Shown here in pieces: positions 1 through 7,547 of a DNA stretch of 58,437 nt. Position 1 is the stretch's first letter; each line of letters begins with the position of its first letter. The notes under the pieces were generated by a model that had not been told where the DNA came from, did no database searches, and saw only the letters and a list, made by a program, of their open reading frames with translations. The stretch lies in the IMG/VR virus record IMGVR_UViG_3300027816_000115, positions 1 through 58,437 of that record. One strand, written 5' to 3'. A program made the position numbers and the translations under genes. This DNA comes from a virus. Its lineage: Duplodnaviria; Caudoviricetes.

Positions 1-65
1 CTTGATCTGATCACCATGGATAACCAATAACAGTTGCTTGCAACACACCCGCAGGGTGTATAGCA

Positions 66-97
66 CACAGAGCAAACACGGTTTTTTACTGATAATA
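66..97 (+). promoter_or_regulatory. Early promoter-like motif copy 1 (degenerate; no ORF follows)
   Basis: CACA-GAGCA-AACACG-N9-TGATAATA, same spacing as the other 8 copies. Confidence 0.6.
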
Positions 98-193
98 CGT
101 ATGGGCCTGACCTTGAAATAGAGTCGGAAGAGTAGACTCCGTCCTACCCGGTGTTTTCGTAGAGATCACCTAACCTACTAAGATTGGAAAAAG

Positions 194-237
194 GTGACGT
201 TAGCCTACTATTTATTAACTTAAGACCCTAATGTCAC
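194..237. promoter_or_regulatory. Inverted-repeat protein-binding site A (candidate origin/operator)
   Basis: GTGACGTTAG-N24-CTAATGTCAC; near-identical site at 8284-8328. Confidence 0.55.
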
Positions 238-292
238 ACTTTTCTCAAAATCCGTTGGGTCGCCCACGTACTTTACCACATCGTGTATAGCA

Positions 293-333
293 TACAGTCC
301 GAACACGAGATCATTTTGATAATATATATGTAA
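293..333 (+). promoter_or_regulatory. Early promoter-like motif copy 2
   Basis: TACA-GTCCG-AACACG-N9-TGATAATA-TATATGTAA; ATG at 359. Confidence 0.75.
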
Positions 334-463
334 CCAAAAGTAACAAAGTATAAGTAAAATGGTTGAAATGACCATAATTTTAGAGAAATTTAACGTAAGA
401 TGTAGAGAATCAAGGTATTATACCCTCCTTACTATTTTTTCTAACAAATGATTTATCACCTTT

Positions 464-504
464 TACAATCTAGATACGATTGGGTATTGATAATATAAAT
501 GTAA
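464..504 (+). promoter_or_regulatory. Early promoter-like motif copy 3
   Basis: TACA-ATCTA-GATACG-N9-TGATAATA-TAAATGTAA; ATG at 530. Confidence 0.75.
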
Positions 505-529
505 GATTAACAAGCTAATTTAAACGATT

Positions 530-628
530 ATGAAGAATTATTCTAGTGCCTTTAGGGTTGTAGTATTAAAATTGAAATTTGAGTTCTTAGAGGGAGCTAA
601 AAACGCCGCTTGGGCGATGAGAAGATAG
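530..628 (+). CDS. Small early hypothetical protein (32 aa)
   Basis: Hand-read ORF MKNYSSAFRVVVLK... directly behind motif copy 3. Confidence 0.45.
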   Translation: MKNYSSAFRVVVLKLKFEFLEGAKNAAWAMRR

Positions 629-655
629 TGTTTAACCATTAAAATGTAGTTAATT

Positions 656-829
656 ATGAAAAGAATAGATTTTGAGACCGATATGGGTAGTGGTTATATA
701 GAGTATATTCACCGAGATGATACTTTTAAGAATGATACATTTGATGTTATAGTGGAGGAGGTATATTCTTTCTATGATGAAGATGATGTTGTTGCGGATA
801 TTGAGAAAAATATTTATAAATACATTTAA
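656..829 (+). CDS. Small acidic early protein (57 aa)
   Basis: Hand-read ORF MKRIDFETDMGSG...; A/T-rich leader; fills the gap before 842. Confidence 0.55.
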   Translation: MKRIDFETDMGSGYIEYIHRDDTFKNDTFDVIVEEVYSFYDEDDVVADIEKNIYKYI

Positions 830-841
830 AATATAGAAATT

Positions 842-1057
842 ATGACAATGAAAGAATTGTGTGAGTACTCGGAACGTACTCGTAAGTTTAGGAACAATGC
901 CCATTTAGAGTTGGTTCGATCGGAACATGGTGAGATACGTTGTTTCACGGCTAAGGAGAATAAGCAAGTTGTAACTCACGGCAAGAGTGTATTTAGAAAG
1001 GGTAAGACCCATGCTTTTACGAGATTGTGGAACCACTACAATGTACCTATAGTGTAA
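842..1057 (+). CDS. Early hypothetical protein
   Basis: ORF track; packed + strand. Confidence 0.6.
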   Translation: MTMKELCEYSERTRKFRNNAHLELVRSEHGEIRCFTAKENKQVVTHGKSVFRKGKTHAFTRLWNHYNVPIV

Positions 1058-1063
1058 TGTGTT

Positions 1064-1104
1064 TACAAGCCGAATACGATTAAGTGTTGATAATATATAT
1101 GTAA
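1064..1104 (+). promoter_or_regulatory. Early promoter-like motif copy 4
   Basis: TACA-AGCCG-AATACG-N9-TGATAATA-TATATGTAA; ATG at 1122. Confidence 0.75.
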
Positions 1105-1121
1105 CAAAAAAATATAATAAT

Positions 1122-1325
1122 ATGAATTTAGATTTTAGAAAATTGAGTATGAGTGACCAACATTTAGCTATGGCTAATTTAATAAGAATTGAAAACGGTT
1201 CCCCTAATTTCTTGGCTTACTTATTTGCTAATGAAAGTTATGATGTGTACGGTTGGTTTAGTTTCGACAAAACAATTGAAGGTTGGGAATATTGGATTAA
1301 CTTAAAATACGAACAAAATGAATAG
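1122..1325 (+). CDS. Early hypothetical protein
   Basis: ORF track 1059..1325; start moved to the ATG at 1122, downstream of the motif. Confidence 0.6.
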   Translation: MNLDFRKLSMSDQHLAMANLIRIENGSPNFLAYLFANESYDVYGWFSFDKTIEGWEYWINLKYEQNE

Positions 1326-1584
1326 ATTAGTAAAAAGCGAAAGTGTATATTGGTGTAATGATGATGACCGTTATATACGTGTGTTTAAAGTAGGTATGGA
1401 AGTAGTTGGTATAAACTATATGCAAGGTGATGAGTTAGATTTGTTTGAAGAACGTTATAAAGATATTGACGAAGACTTGACTAACTTCTATAATGCCCTT
1501 AGTCCTTACTTAAATGGTGATACCGAAATTGATCGAATCAACCAAGCAACATGGGCACACTTTGATTATAAAAATAACTATTAA
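1318..1584 (+). CDS. Early hypothetical protein
   Basis: ORF track; overlapping start/stop. Confidence 0.65.
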   Translation: MNRLVKSESVYWCNDDDRYIRVFKVGMEVVGINYMQGDELDLFEERYKDIDEDLTNFYNALSPYLNGDTEIDRINQATWAHFDYKNNY

Positions 1585-1593
1585 CCAAATAAT

Positions 1594-1926
1594 ATGGCAA
1601 ATAAAATAACAATGGATTCGGTACATGCTTTTGTAATAGGTAAACCGTTTCGACGTGAAAATATGGATGTTGAAATTGATGGCGATAATGTGTACTTAAA
1701 ATTACACGGTAATATCATTGCCTTACGTTCTAATCTTGATGGTAAAGTTTATATTCGCAATTGCGGTTGGGAAACAAAAACAACTAAGGAGCGGTTGAAT
1801 TGGTTGCTATACACGTACAACTCTCCGTTGAAAATCCGTCAAAAAAATTGGGTGTGGTATCTTGGTGATGAACAATGGGACGGCGATAAAACTTATATAT
1901 ACAAGCCGAGCACGGCCGCTAATTGA
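1594..1926 (+). CDS. Conserved phage early protein (GWxTxTTKERLN type)
   Basis: Motif CGWETKTTKERLN...IRQKNWVWY, which I recall from phage hypotheticals. Confidence 0.65.
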   Translation: MANKITMDSVHAFVIGKPFRRENMDVEIDGDNVYLKLHGNIIALRSNLDGKVYIRNCGWETKTTKERLNWLLYTYNSPLKIRQKNWVWYLGDEQWDGDKTYIYKPSTAAN

Positions 1927-1940
1927 TAATATAAATGTAA
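1900..1940 (+). promoter_or_regulatory. Early promoter-like motif copy 5
   Basis: TACA-AGCCG-AGCACG-N9-TGATAATA-TAAATGTAA; ATG at 1956. Confidence 0.75.
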
Positions 1941-1955
1941 CTAAAAATAAATAAT

Positions 1956-2147
1956 ATGGGAGTATATCCAGTAACAAAAGAATATAGTGTTGAAGTAGTT
2001 GAAACACTTATTAGAATAGTAACCGTTGAAGCAACGAGTGAAGAACAAGCAATAGAGTTTGTAATGTATGACTATAACAATGCGGAATTAGTATTGGATA
2101 GCGATGACTTTTTTGATGTAGAATTTGAAATTGTAAATAGAGATTAA
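1956..2147 (+). CDS. DpnD/PcfM-like small protein
   Basis: YSVEVVETLIRIVTVEATSEEQA...LVLDSDDF pattern. Confidence 0.65.
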   Translation: MGVYPVTKEYSVEVVETLIRIVTVEATSEEQAIEFVMYDYNNAELVLDSDDFFDVEFEIVNRD

Positions 2148-2148
2148 T

Positions 2149-2271
2149 ATGGAAGAATATAGCGGTTGTTGTGGTGCACCAAGACACCATGTATTTAATG
2201 AACTTTGTGCCGACTGTTTAGAGCATTGTTCCTTTGAAGAAGAATTTGACGAAGATGGATTTACAATCTAA
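2149..2271 (+). CDS. Small Cys-rich (Zn-finger-like) protein, 40 aa
   Basis: Hand-read MEEYSGCCGAP...CADCLEHC. Confidence 0.55.
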   Translation: MEEYSGCCGAPRHHVFNELCADCLEHCSFEEEFDEDGFTI

Positions 2272-2302
2272 ACACGATTATAAATTGATAATATAAATGT
2301 AA
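2262..2302 (+). promoter_or_regulatory. Early promoter-like motif copy 6
   Basis: TACA-ATCTA-AACACG-N9-TGATAATA-TAAATGTAA; ATG at 2316. Confidence 0.75.
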
Positions 2303-2315
2303 CAAATAATAAATT

Positions 2316-2483
2316 ATGAGACCACCATGCCCGCCTTTCAGTCCTTGTTGGTGTGAACAAAATCCAACAAACCCAAGATGCTCTGAAACATTACCACTAT
2401 CAAGTGAAGTATTCTCAGCAATAGTGTCTTTGTTAATAATATATGTAGCTCATAGATTTCTTAAAAATAAATTAAAACAATAA
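2316..2483 (+). CDS. Small Cys/Pro-rich membrane-anchored peptide
   Basis: Hand-read MRPPCPPFSPCWCEQNPTNPRC..., then a hydrophobic helix and basic tail. Confidence 0.5.
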   Translation: MRPPCPPFSPCWCEQNPTNPRCSETLPLSSEVFSAIVSLLIIYVAHRFLKNKLKQ

Positions 2484-2495
2484 ATAAAAATTAAT

Positions 2496-2705
2496 ATGGT
2501 AAAATTAAAATATCGTTTTGAAGAAATATTAGTTGCTTATAAAACTTATGGCAATTATAGAATGGCTACTCGTGAAGACCCCGAAGAATATCCTGAAGTA
2601 GTAATTTATGAGGTTTATTTTAACAATGTAAATATATTACCAATACTCAGTGAAACCGATCAAGATGAAATTTATGAACTATTAAATGAACACTTATATG
2701 GATAA
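2496..2705 (+). CDS. Early hypothetical protein
   Basis: ORF track. Confidence 0.6.
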   Translation: MVKLKYRFEEILVAYKTYGNYRMATREDPEEYPEVVIYEVYFNNVNILPILSETDQDEIYELLNEHLYG

Positions 2706-2806
2706 TGCAGAAAACTTTAATGAATGGATGCGAGACGTAGTAAAAAGTTATTACTATTCTGATAACGAAAAAATGCTCGCTGCTTTTAACACAATGACAG
2801 ATAAAA

Positions 2807-3013
2807 ATGGAAGAAACTATCAACCACCGCGCGTACCTAAAAGCATTAGCTAAGGTTACTACACTTGCTTTTGATATTAAAAAATGCAAAGAAGATTTAA
2901 GATGGGATACCGGTAACGGTCCTTTATCAACAGAACAATTAGAATGTTGTCTACGTTCTGCTCAACGTGAATATGATATTTGGAATTATATACTTAAAAT
3001 TACAGAAAAATGA
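2807..3013 (+). CDS. Early hypothetical protein
   Basis: ORF track. Confidence 0.55.
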   Translation: MEETINHRAYLKALAKVTTLAFDIKKCKEDLRWDTGNGPLSTEQLECCLRSAQREYDIWNYILKITEK

Positions 3014-3189
3014 AAAAAATTAAATTTTTAAAGAACAACTTAATCCGTATCAACGGCGTGCTATACACACCATATTGTGTTGGCGATTTACCACAAACTT
3101 TCGGCTTTATAACAAACGAAGAAAAAGATCAAGTAGGTGTGTACAACTGGTTTAACTATAAAGGTTTTACCTATATTATAAAACCATAA
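3010..3189 (+). CDS. Early hypothetical protein (59 aa)
   Basis: Hand-read MKKIKFLKNN...; ATGA overlap with the previous ORF. Confidence 0.5.
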   Translation: MKKIKFLKNNLIRINGVLYTPYCVGDLPQTFGFITNEEKDQVGVYNWFNYKGFTYIIKP

Positions 3190-3198
3190 AATAACTAT

Positions 3199-3423
3199 AT
3201 GGATAAATTAGTAAAATTAACTGATATTAAAGATGGCGTAGTATATTATACTGACACTGTCAAAGACTGTGAAGTAATACTAAACAAAATATTAAATAAA
3301 ACTATATATTTTGATATAGTCTCCGAAAGTGATGGTGATTATATACTTGAACCCGACGGCACTATAGCCTTTCCACTTCAAGAAGATTTAGAATTTATTG
3401 AAAAAAATACCGATACAGTCTAA
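3199..3423 (+). CDS. Early hypothetical protein
   Basis: ORF track. Confidence 0.6.
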   Translation: MDKLVKLTDIKDGVVYYTDTVKDCEVILNKILNKTIYFDIVSESDGDYILEPDGTIAFPLQEDLEFIEKNTDTV

Positions 3424-3454
3424 ACACGATAACAAATTGATAATATTAATGTAA
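3414..3454 (+). promoter_or_regulatory. Early promoter-like motif copy 7
   Basis: TACA-GTCTA-AACACG-N9-TGATAATA-TTAATGTAA; ATG at 3471. Confidence 0.75.
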
Positions 3455-3470
3455 TTAAAAAATAAACAAA

Positions 3471-3800
3471 ATGAGTGAAGAAAAAACAACTATTTCATTA
3501 GAGCAAGCGGTTAGTCGCTTTAATGATTTTCAAAAAAACGGATTGAACACTGTAACAATCGAGGATGTATTAACTATATTAAACCAAGTACAAAATGGAT
3601 ATAGTGAAGATGTAATATCTAAAACATTAGAAGCTGTACTTTCAAATTTTGAATATGATGAATTTGTAAGTTGTGAACCCGAATTGCACGGCAGCTATGG
3701 CGATAGTTATTCACTTGAAATGAATACTAGCTTTGATGATAGAGAATTTAAAAGATGCTTTACCATGGATTTTATGGGACATTTAGAAACAGAAGAATAA
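3471..3800 (+). CDS. Acidic early hypothetical protein
   Basis: ORF track. Confidence 0.65.
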   Translation: MSEEKTTISLEQAVSRFNDFQKNGLNTVTIEDVLTILNQVQNGYSEDVISKTLEAVLSNFEYDEFVSCEPELHGSYGDSYSLEMNTSFDDREFKRCFTMDFMGHLETEE

Positions 3801-4051
3801 TGAAAGCAAAACAAATTAAAGATTATATAGAAGAATGTTTACAGCAAACGCCAAGGCATGATTGTGTTGCTTTGGCGAAGGCCATAACAAAAGCAAGTAA
3901 ACAATTTGATCAAAATGAATTTGATATGATGCACCTATTATTAGAAAATCAACCAATAGGCAATTACACACATAGCTATGGTTTTCATACCGCATACGGC
4001 AGAGAACTTATAAACACCATGCAAGATTATTATTATAAATTTAACAAATAA
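3800..4051 (+). CDS. Early hypothetical protein
   Basis: ORF track; start moved to the TAATG overlap at 3800. Confidence 0.6.
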   Translation: MKAKQIKDYIEECLQQTPRHDCVALAKAITKASKQFDQNEFDMMHLLLENQPIGNYTHSYGFHTAYGRELINTMQDYYYKFNK

Positions 4052-4063
4052 AAAAATTAGAAT

Positions 4064-4339
4064 ATGAATACAATTAAAACAGTAGAAGACTTTAAAAAGT
4101 TTGTAGGCAATGAAGGCAAATTATTTAGTGTAACATTCACTAAACTTGACGGATCTAAACGTAAAATGGTCGCAAGACTAGACGTAAGAAAGTTCCTTAA
4201 AGGAGGGCAGTTATTATATAATCCTAGATCACGTAACAATATTATAGTATTTTCAATGCAAGAAGGTGATTACCGTACAATTAACATTGATAGATTATTA
4301 AAAGTAAAAGCATATAATACTACCATTCAAGTAGGGTAG
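4064..4339 (+). CDS. WYL_2/SH3 (Sm-like) beta-barrel protein
   Basis: FSVTFTKLDGSKRKM...VFSMQEGDYRTINIDRL pattern. Confidence 0.6.
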   Translation: MNTIKTVEDFKKFVGNEGKLFSVTFTKLDGSKRKMVARLDVRKFLKGGQLLYNPRSRNNIIVFSMQEGDYRTINIDRLLKVKAYNTTIQVG

Positions 4340-4340
4340 T

Positions 4341-4372
4341 TACAAACATAACACGAATATTAACTGATAATA
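4341..4372 (+). promoter_or_regulatory. Early promoter-like motif copy 8
   Basis: TACA-AACAT-AACACG-N9-TGATAATA; ATG at 4389. Confidence 0.7.
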
Positions 4373-4388
4373 AATTAAACTAAACAAA

Positions 4389-4994
4389 ATGAATTTACTA
4401 ACTCAAAACTCTAAGCTTCGTAAAACTAGTAAGCTACTTGGTGTAAAAGTTTTTAACTTTGGTATACCAGCATATAAGTCAGCAAGCGGTAAATTAACTT
4501 GCCCATTTGCTGATGAATGTGTTAAATTCTGTTATGCACAGAAAGGCGCATATATTTGGTCTAATGTTAAACCTGCATTTGAAAAGCGATATGAGCTAAC
4601 TCGAAGTGACGAGTTTGTTAGCAAAATGTCAGACGAGTTATTTAAGAAGCGCCCTGACTATGTAAGAATACATGACTCCGGTGATTACTACAGCAAAGCA
4701 TACCTACAAAAATGGATTGATATTGCTAATCTATTCCCAGAGATTAAGTTCTATAGTTATACTAACTCTGTAGCAATGTTAAAAGAAGCTAATTTACCAT
4801 CTAACTTTGATGTAATCTTTAGTGACTCTGGTAAACAAAAAAATATGATTGATGTAATCAATGATCGTCACACTAAAATCTTTTCTTCTAAGCAAGCTCT
4901 TGAAGATGCTGGCTATGTTAATGCTAGCGAATTAGATTTGTATGCAACTAAATGGTTTAGTAATAACAATAAAGTTGGTTTGGTATTTCATTGA
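4389..4994 (+). CDS. GP88-family (radical-SAM-like Fe-S) protein
   Basis: NSKL, TCPFADECVKFCYA, RIHDSGDYY and YSYT motifs. Confidence 0.7.
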   Translation: MNLLTQNSKLRKTSKLLGVKVFNFGIPAYKSASGKLTCPFADECVKFCYAQKGAYIWSNVKPAFEKRYELTRSDEFVSKMSDELFKKRPDYVRIHDSGDYYSKAYLQKWIDIANLFPEIKFYSYTNSVAMLKEANLPSNFDVIFSDSGKQKNMIDVINDRHTKIFSSKQALEDAGYVNASELDLYATKWFSNNNKVGLVFH

Positions 4995-5020
4995 TATATG
5001 GCACTGTAAGTGCTATACAC

Positions 5021-5195
5021 TGTTGATCTCTGGGACTATGTAAATTTACTCCGCTAAGTTCGGTTGTAGTCGAATTGCAAATAAAGAATTTAACCGGTTT
5101 GCAGATCAACATATCGTCAACACTGGCAAGACGTAAAATTTGCCATAGCTAGCTAAGCTGTGAAAAGCGCCGGAACTTATAATCCGCTAGAAGCT
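5021..5195 (+). ncRNA. Putative structured ncRNA(s): multi-stem element, H-type pseudoknot and three-way junction
   Basis: TGTTGATCT/AGATCAACA closing stem; CGTC/GACG with TGGCAA/TTGCCA pseudoknot; CTAGC/GCTAG junction; no ORF. Confidence 0.45.
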
Positions 5196-5196
5196 A

Positions 5197-5299
5197 AGTC
5201 AGGTGGCGGAATTGGTAGACGCAACCCCGAACTGCTTGTAAAAGTGGGTAATTAGATAATCGTAAGCTAATTATACAGGTTCGAATCCTGTCCTGACTA
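5197..5299 (+). ncRNA. tRNA-like RNA 1 (non-canonical anticodon arm)
   Basis: AGTCAGG/CCTGACT acceptor, TGGCGGAATTGGTAGACGC D arm, ACAGG-TTCGAAT-CCTGT T arm; expanded anticodon region. Confidence 0.75.
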
Positions 5300-5318
5300 C
5301 AATAAAAGAGTAAATAGT

Positions 5319-5417
5319 ATGAAATTAGAAGAACAAATCGGTGTTTTTATAGTTATAGGTTTTGTGATGATTCTATTTATTATAGGTGTTGCAATTTTTG
5401 ATAAAGATAAACATTAA
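5319..5417 (+). CDS. Small single-pass membrane peptide (32 aa)
   Basis: MKLEEQIGVFIVIGFVMILFIIGVAIFDKDKH, between the two tRNA-like RNAs. Confidence 0.5.
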   Translation: MKLEEQIGVFIVIGFVMILFIIGVAIFDKDKH

Positions 5418-5425
5418 CGAAACAT

Positions 5426-5524
5426 AGTCAGGTGGCGGAGAGGAAACGCTAACTATGAATAGTCTGAGGAATGGAACATAGTCCTATACTCCAATGACCG
5501 CAGGTTCGAATCCTGTCCTGACTA
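5426..5524 (+). ncRNA. tRNA-like RNA 2 (no recognisable anticodon loop)
   Basis: Same acceptor stem and near-identical T arm as RNA 1; different central region. Confidence 0.7.
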
Positions 5525-5552
5525 CAAATTATAATAAAAAATAATATTCGTT

Positions 5553-5593
5553 TACAGTCTGAACACGAATAACAATAGATAATAATAATGTAA
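5553..5593 (+). promoter_or_regulatory. Early promoter-like motif copy 9
   Basis: TACA-GTCTG-AACACG-N9-AGATAATA-ATAATGTAA; ATG at 5610. Confidence 0.7.
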
Positions 5594-5609
5594 CAAAAAT
5601 CAATTAATT

Positions 5610-6047
5610 ATGAATATATTTTATTTAGATAGAGACCCTTATAAAGCGGCTGAGATGCATTACGGAAAACACGTAGTCAAAATGGTATTAGAAGCTGCTC
5701 AATTATTATGCACAGCTCATCATATTGCTGGTGACGGTAATGTACCATACAAAAAAACACACATGAATCATCCATCGGCAGTATGGGTACGATCATCAAA
5801 AGCAAATTACATGTGGTGTTATGAATATATGTTAGCACTTGGTAAAGAATATACAAAGCGATATGGCAAATCACATTTAACAATTGAAAAATGCCGTGAC
5901 GTTTTATATAATATACCAAATAATATTACTATTGAAGATTTTTGTGATCCACCTCAATGTATGCCAGACGAATATAAAATGGCGGATGCTATACAAGGTT
6001 ATCAAAAATATTACGAATTTGGAAAAGCACACTTAAAAGATAAATAA
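5610..6047 (+). CDS. Pyrimidine dimer DNA glycosylase/endonuclease V-like protein
   Basis: MNIFYLD...KHVVKMVLEAAQLL...HMNHPSAVWVR signature. Confidence 0.75.
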   Translation: MNIFYLDRDPYKAAEMHYGKHVVKMVLEAAQLLCTAHHIAGDGNVPYKKTHMNHPSAVWVRSSKANYMWCYEYMLALGKEYTKRYGKSHLTIEKCRDVLYNIPNNITIEDFCDPPQCMPDEYKMADAIQGYQKYYEFGKAHLKDK

Positions 6048-6048
6048 T

Positions 6049-6312
6049 ATGAAATACTACGATTACGACAAAGCAAAAGACCTAATTAGAAAATACAAAA
6101 AAGATAGAGGTTTAATACGAGCTTGCCTTGGCATGAAAGAAGATTGGTATTGGACAGCAGAAGATGTATGGTTAAATGGAAAGTATGTAACAAGACTTAA
6201 TGAAAAAACAGAAATAGGTGGAATTAATAAAAGTTATTGGGCAACACCTGTATTAGAATTAGAAACAGATGACAATTTAGTAATCACAATAGACTGTTAT
6301 AAATATGAATAA
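6049..6312 (+). CDS. Hypothetical protein
   Basis: ORF track; LGMKEDWYWTA...SYWATPVL. Confidence 0.65.
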   Translation: MKYYDYDKAKDLIRKYKKDRGLIRACLGMKEDWYWTAEDVWLNGKYVTRLNEKTEIGGINKSYWATPVLELETDDNLVITIDCYKYE

Positions 6313-6490
6313 GCCACAAATAATTGAAGAATTAGAATTAAGTATATATATGCTTGATCTATCCGATAATACATTGATAGCTAATAAGCTTAGAAGAATC
6401 AAAGAATCATTAAAAAATGAATGGGATCTTAGCGATTTTTATATGGAATTAATGAAAAAAGAACTTTATTATTATGAAAAACAGTTATAA
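6305..6490 (+). CDS. Hypothetical protein
   Basis: ORF track. Confidence 0.55.
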   Translation: MNKPQIIEELELSIYMLDLSDNTLIANKLRRIKESLKNEWDLSDFYMELMKKELYYYEKQL

Positions 6491-6493
6491 CTT

Positions 6494-6904
6494 ATGAAAA
6501 ACACTTATAAAAATAGATATGGTGATATTTTCGCTTTCGAGTTACAAGAAGATGGTAACATCTTATGGTCTGGTAATTTTAAATATTGTAGATTTGGAAT
6601 GCCAAATGACTATACGAGAGCTTATAAAGAATATGTAGACGACAATTGCAATAGCGACCACTGTATGTCATTAAAACAATTTAAAGAAGAGGTGCATAGA
6701 TATGACGATGAAACTCATCAGTATATTTATGACAAGTATGTTAGAATGGTTGATTGCTTAAGAGATAAAATAGATATGATAGATCCTTCAGGTGGTCCAT
6801 ATATAACTGTTGGTATGAATATGAAACGTTTTGGTTTTGAAAATTCAATAGTAAAAGATTTTGAAGTGCATAAAGATGGATATTTAATTATAACTGAAAA
6901 ATAA
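6494..6904 (+). CDS. Hypothetical protein
   Basis: ORF track; YKNRYGD...IDPSGGPYI. Confidence 0.65.
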   Translation: MKNTYKNRYGDIFAFELQEDGNILWSGNFKYCRFGMPNDYTRAYKEYVDDNCNSDHCMSLKQFKEEVHRYDDETHQYIYDKYVRMVDCLRDKIDMIDPSGGPYITVGMNMKRFGFENSIVKDFEVHKDGYLIITEK

Positions 6905-6907
6905 ACT

Positions 6908-7120
6908 ATGACACCAAAAGAAAAAGCGAAAGAGTTAATGTTAAAGTATTATGACTTAATTGAAATGAGCACTGTTAGTTTTTCAAAACAATGCGCATTA
7001 ATAGCAGTTGATGAGATACTGAAAATTATTCCAAAATTTGAATATGGTCAAGGCGAAAAAACCACAACTAAAGAATATGATTACTGGGAAGAAGTTAAAC
7101 AAGAAATAGAAAAATTATGA
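6908..7120 (+). CDS. MTPKEKA...EVKQEIEKL family small protein, copy 1
   Basis: Paralog of 19223..19414. Confidence 0.65.
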   Translation: MTPKEKAKELMLKYYDLIEMSTVSFSKQCALIAVDEILKIIPKFEYGQGEKTTTKEYDYWEEVKQEIEKL

Positions 7121-7368
7121 GTACAGTATTCGGAATATTACAAGTTAAAGTTGAACACGAAAAGTTAGTAGACCAAGATGGTGATCTGTTAAATTATATA
7201 TCTCACGAAATTTTTGAACCTGTATTTTTTAGAGGAGCAAATAGTAGATGGTTAAAGAATTGGGCAGAGCTTTTAGATAATGACACAAAAGTTTATGCCA
7301 TAGATAATACACAGCAAGGTATTTTTACCATAAAAGATTGTAAAGAATTTTTAAAAAATAAATTATGA
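7117..7368 (+). CDS. Hypothetical protein
   Basis: ORF track; ATGA overlap. Confidence 0.6.
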   Translation: MSTVFGILQVKVEHEKLVDQDGDLLNYISHEIFEPVFFRGANSRWLKNWAELLDNDTKVYAIDNTQQGIFTIKDCKEFLKNKL

Positions 7369-7547
7369 AATTACAGCTTACTACATACGGAAAAACAATG
7401 ACTATTGAAACAGAACACAGCGATGTTTCTTTAGAAGATTACTTTGAAGCATTTGAAGGCTTGCTTGTTCAAGCTACATTTGAGCAAAGAAGTATTAGAG
7501 AATTTATAATAGAATTAGGCGAACACTATAAACATTTATACTTATGA
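7365..7547 (+). CDS. Hypothetical protein
   Basis: ORF track; ATGA overlap. Confidence 0.6.
   Translation: MKLQLTTYGKTMTIETEHSDVSLEDYFEAFEGLLVQATFEQRSIREFIIELGEHYKHLYL

Noticed and set aside
5112-5195. Hammerhead or pistol ribozyme
   Set aside because: No CUGANGA core; the pseudoknot lacks the intervening pistol P2/P3 elements
66-5593. Nine repeats as a CRISPR array or integron attC sites
   Set aside because: Start-to-start intervals range from ~170 to ~1200 nt and contain ORFs; the repeats are degenerate and non-palindromic; no cas or integrase gene
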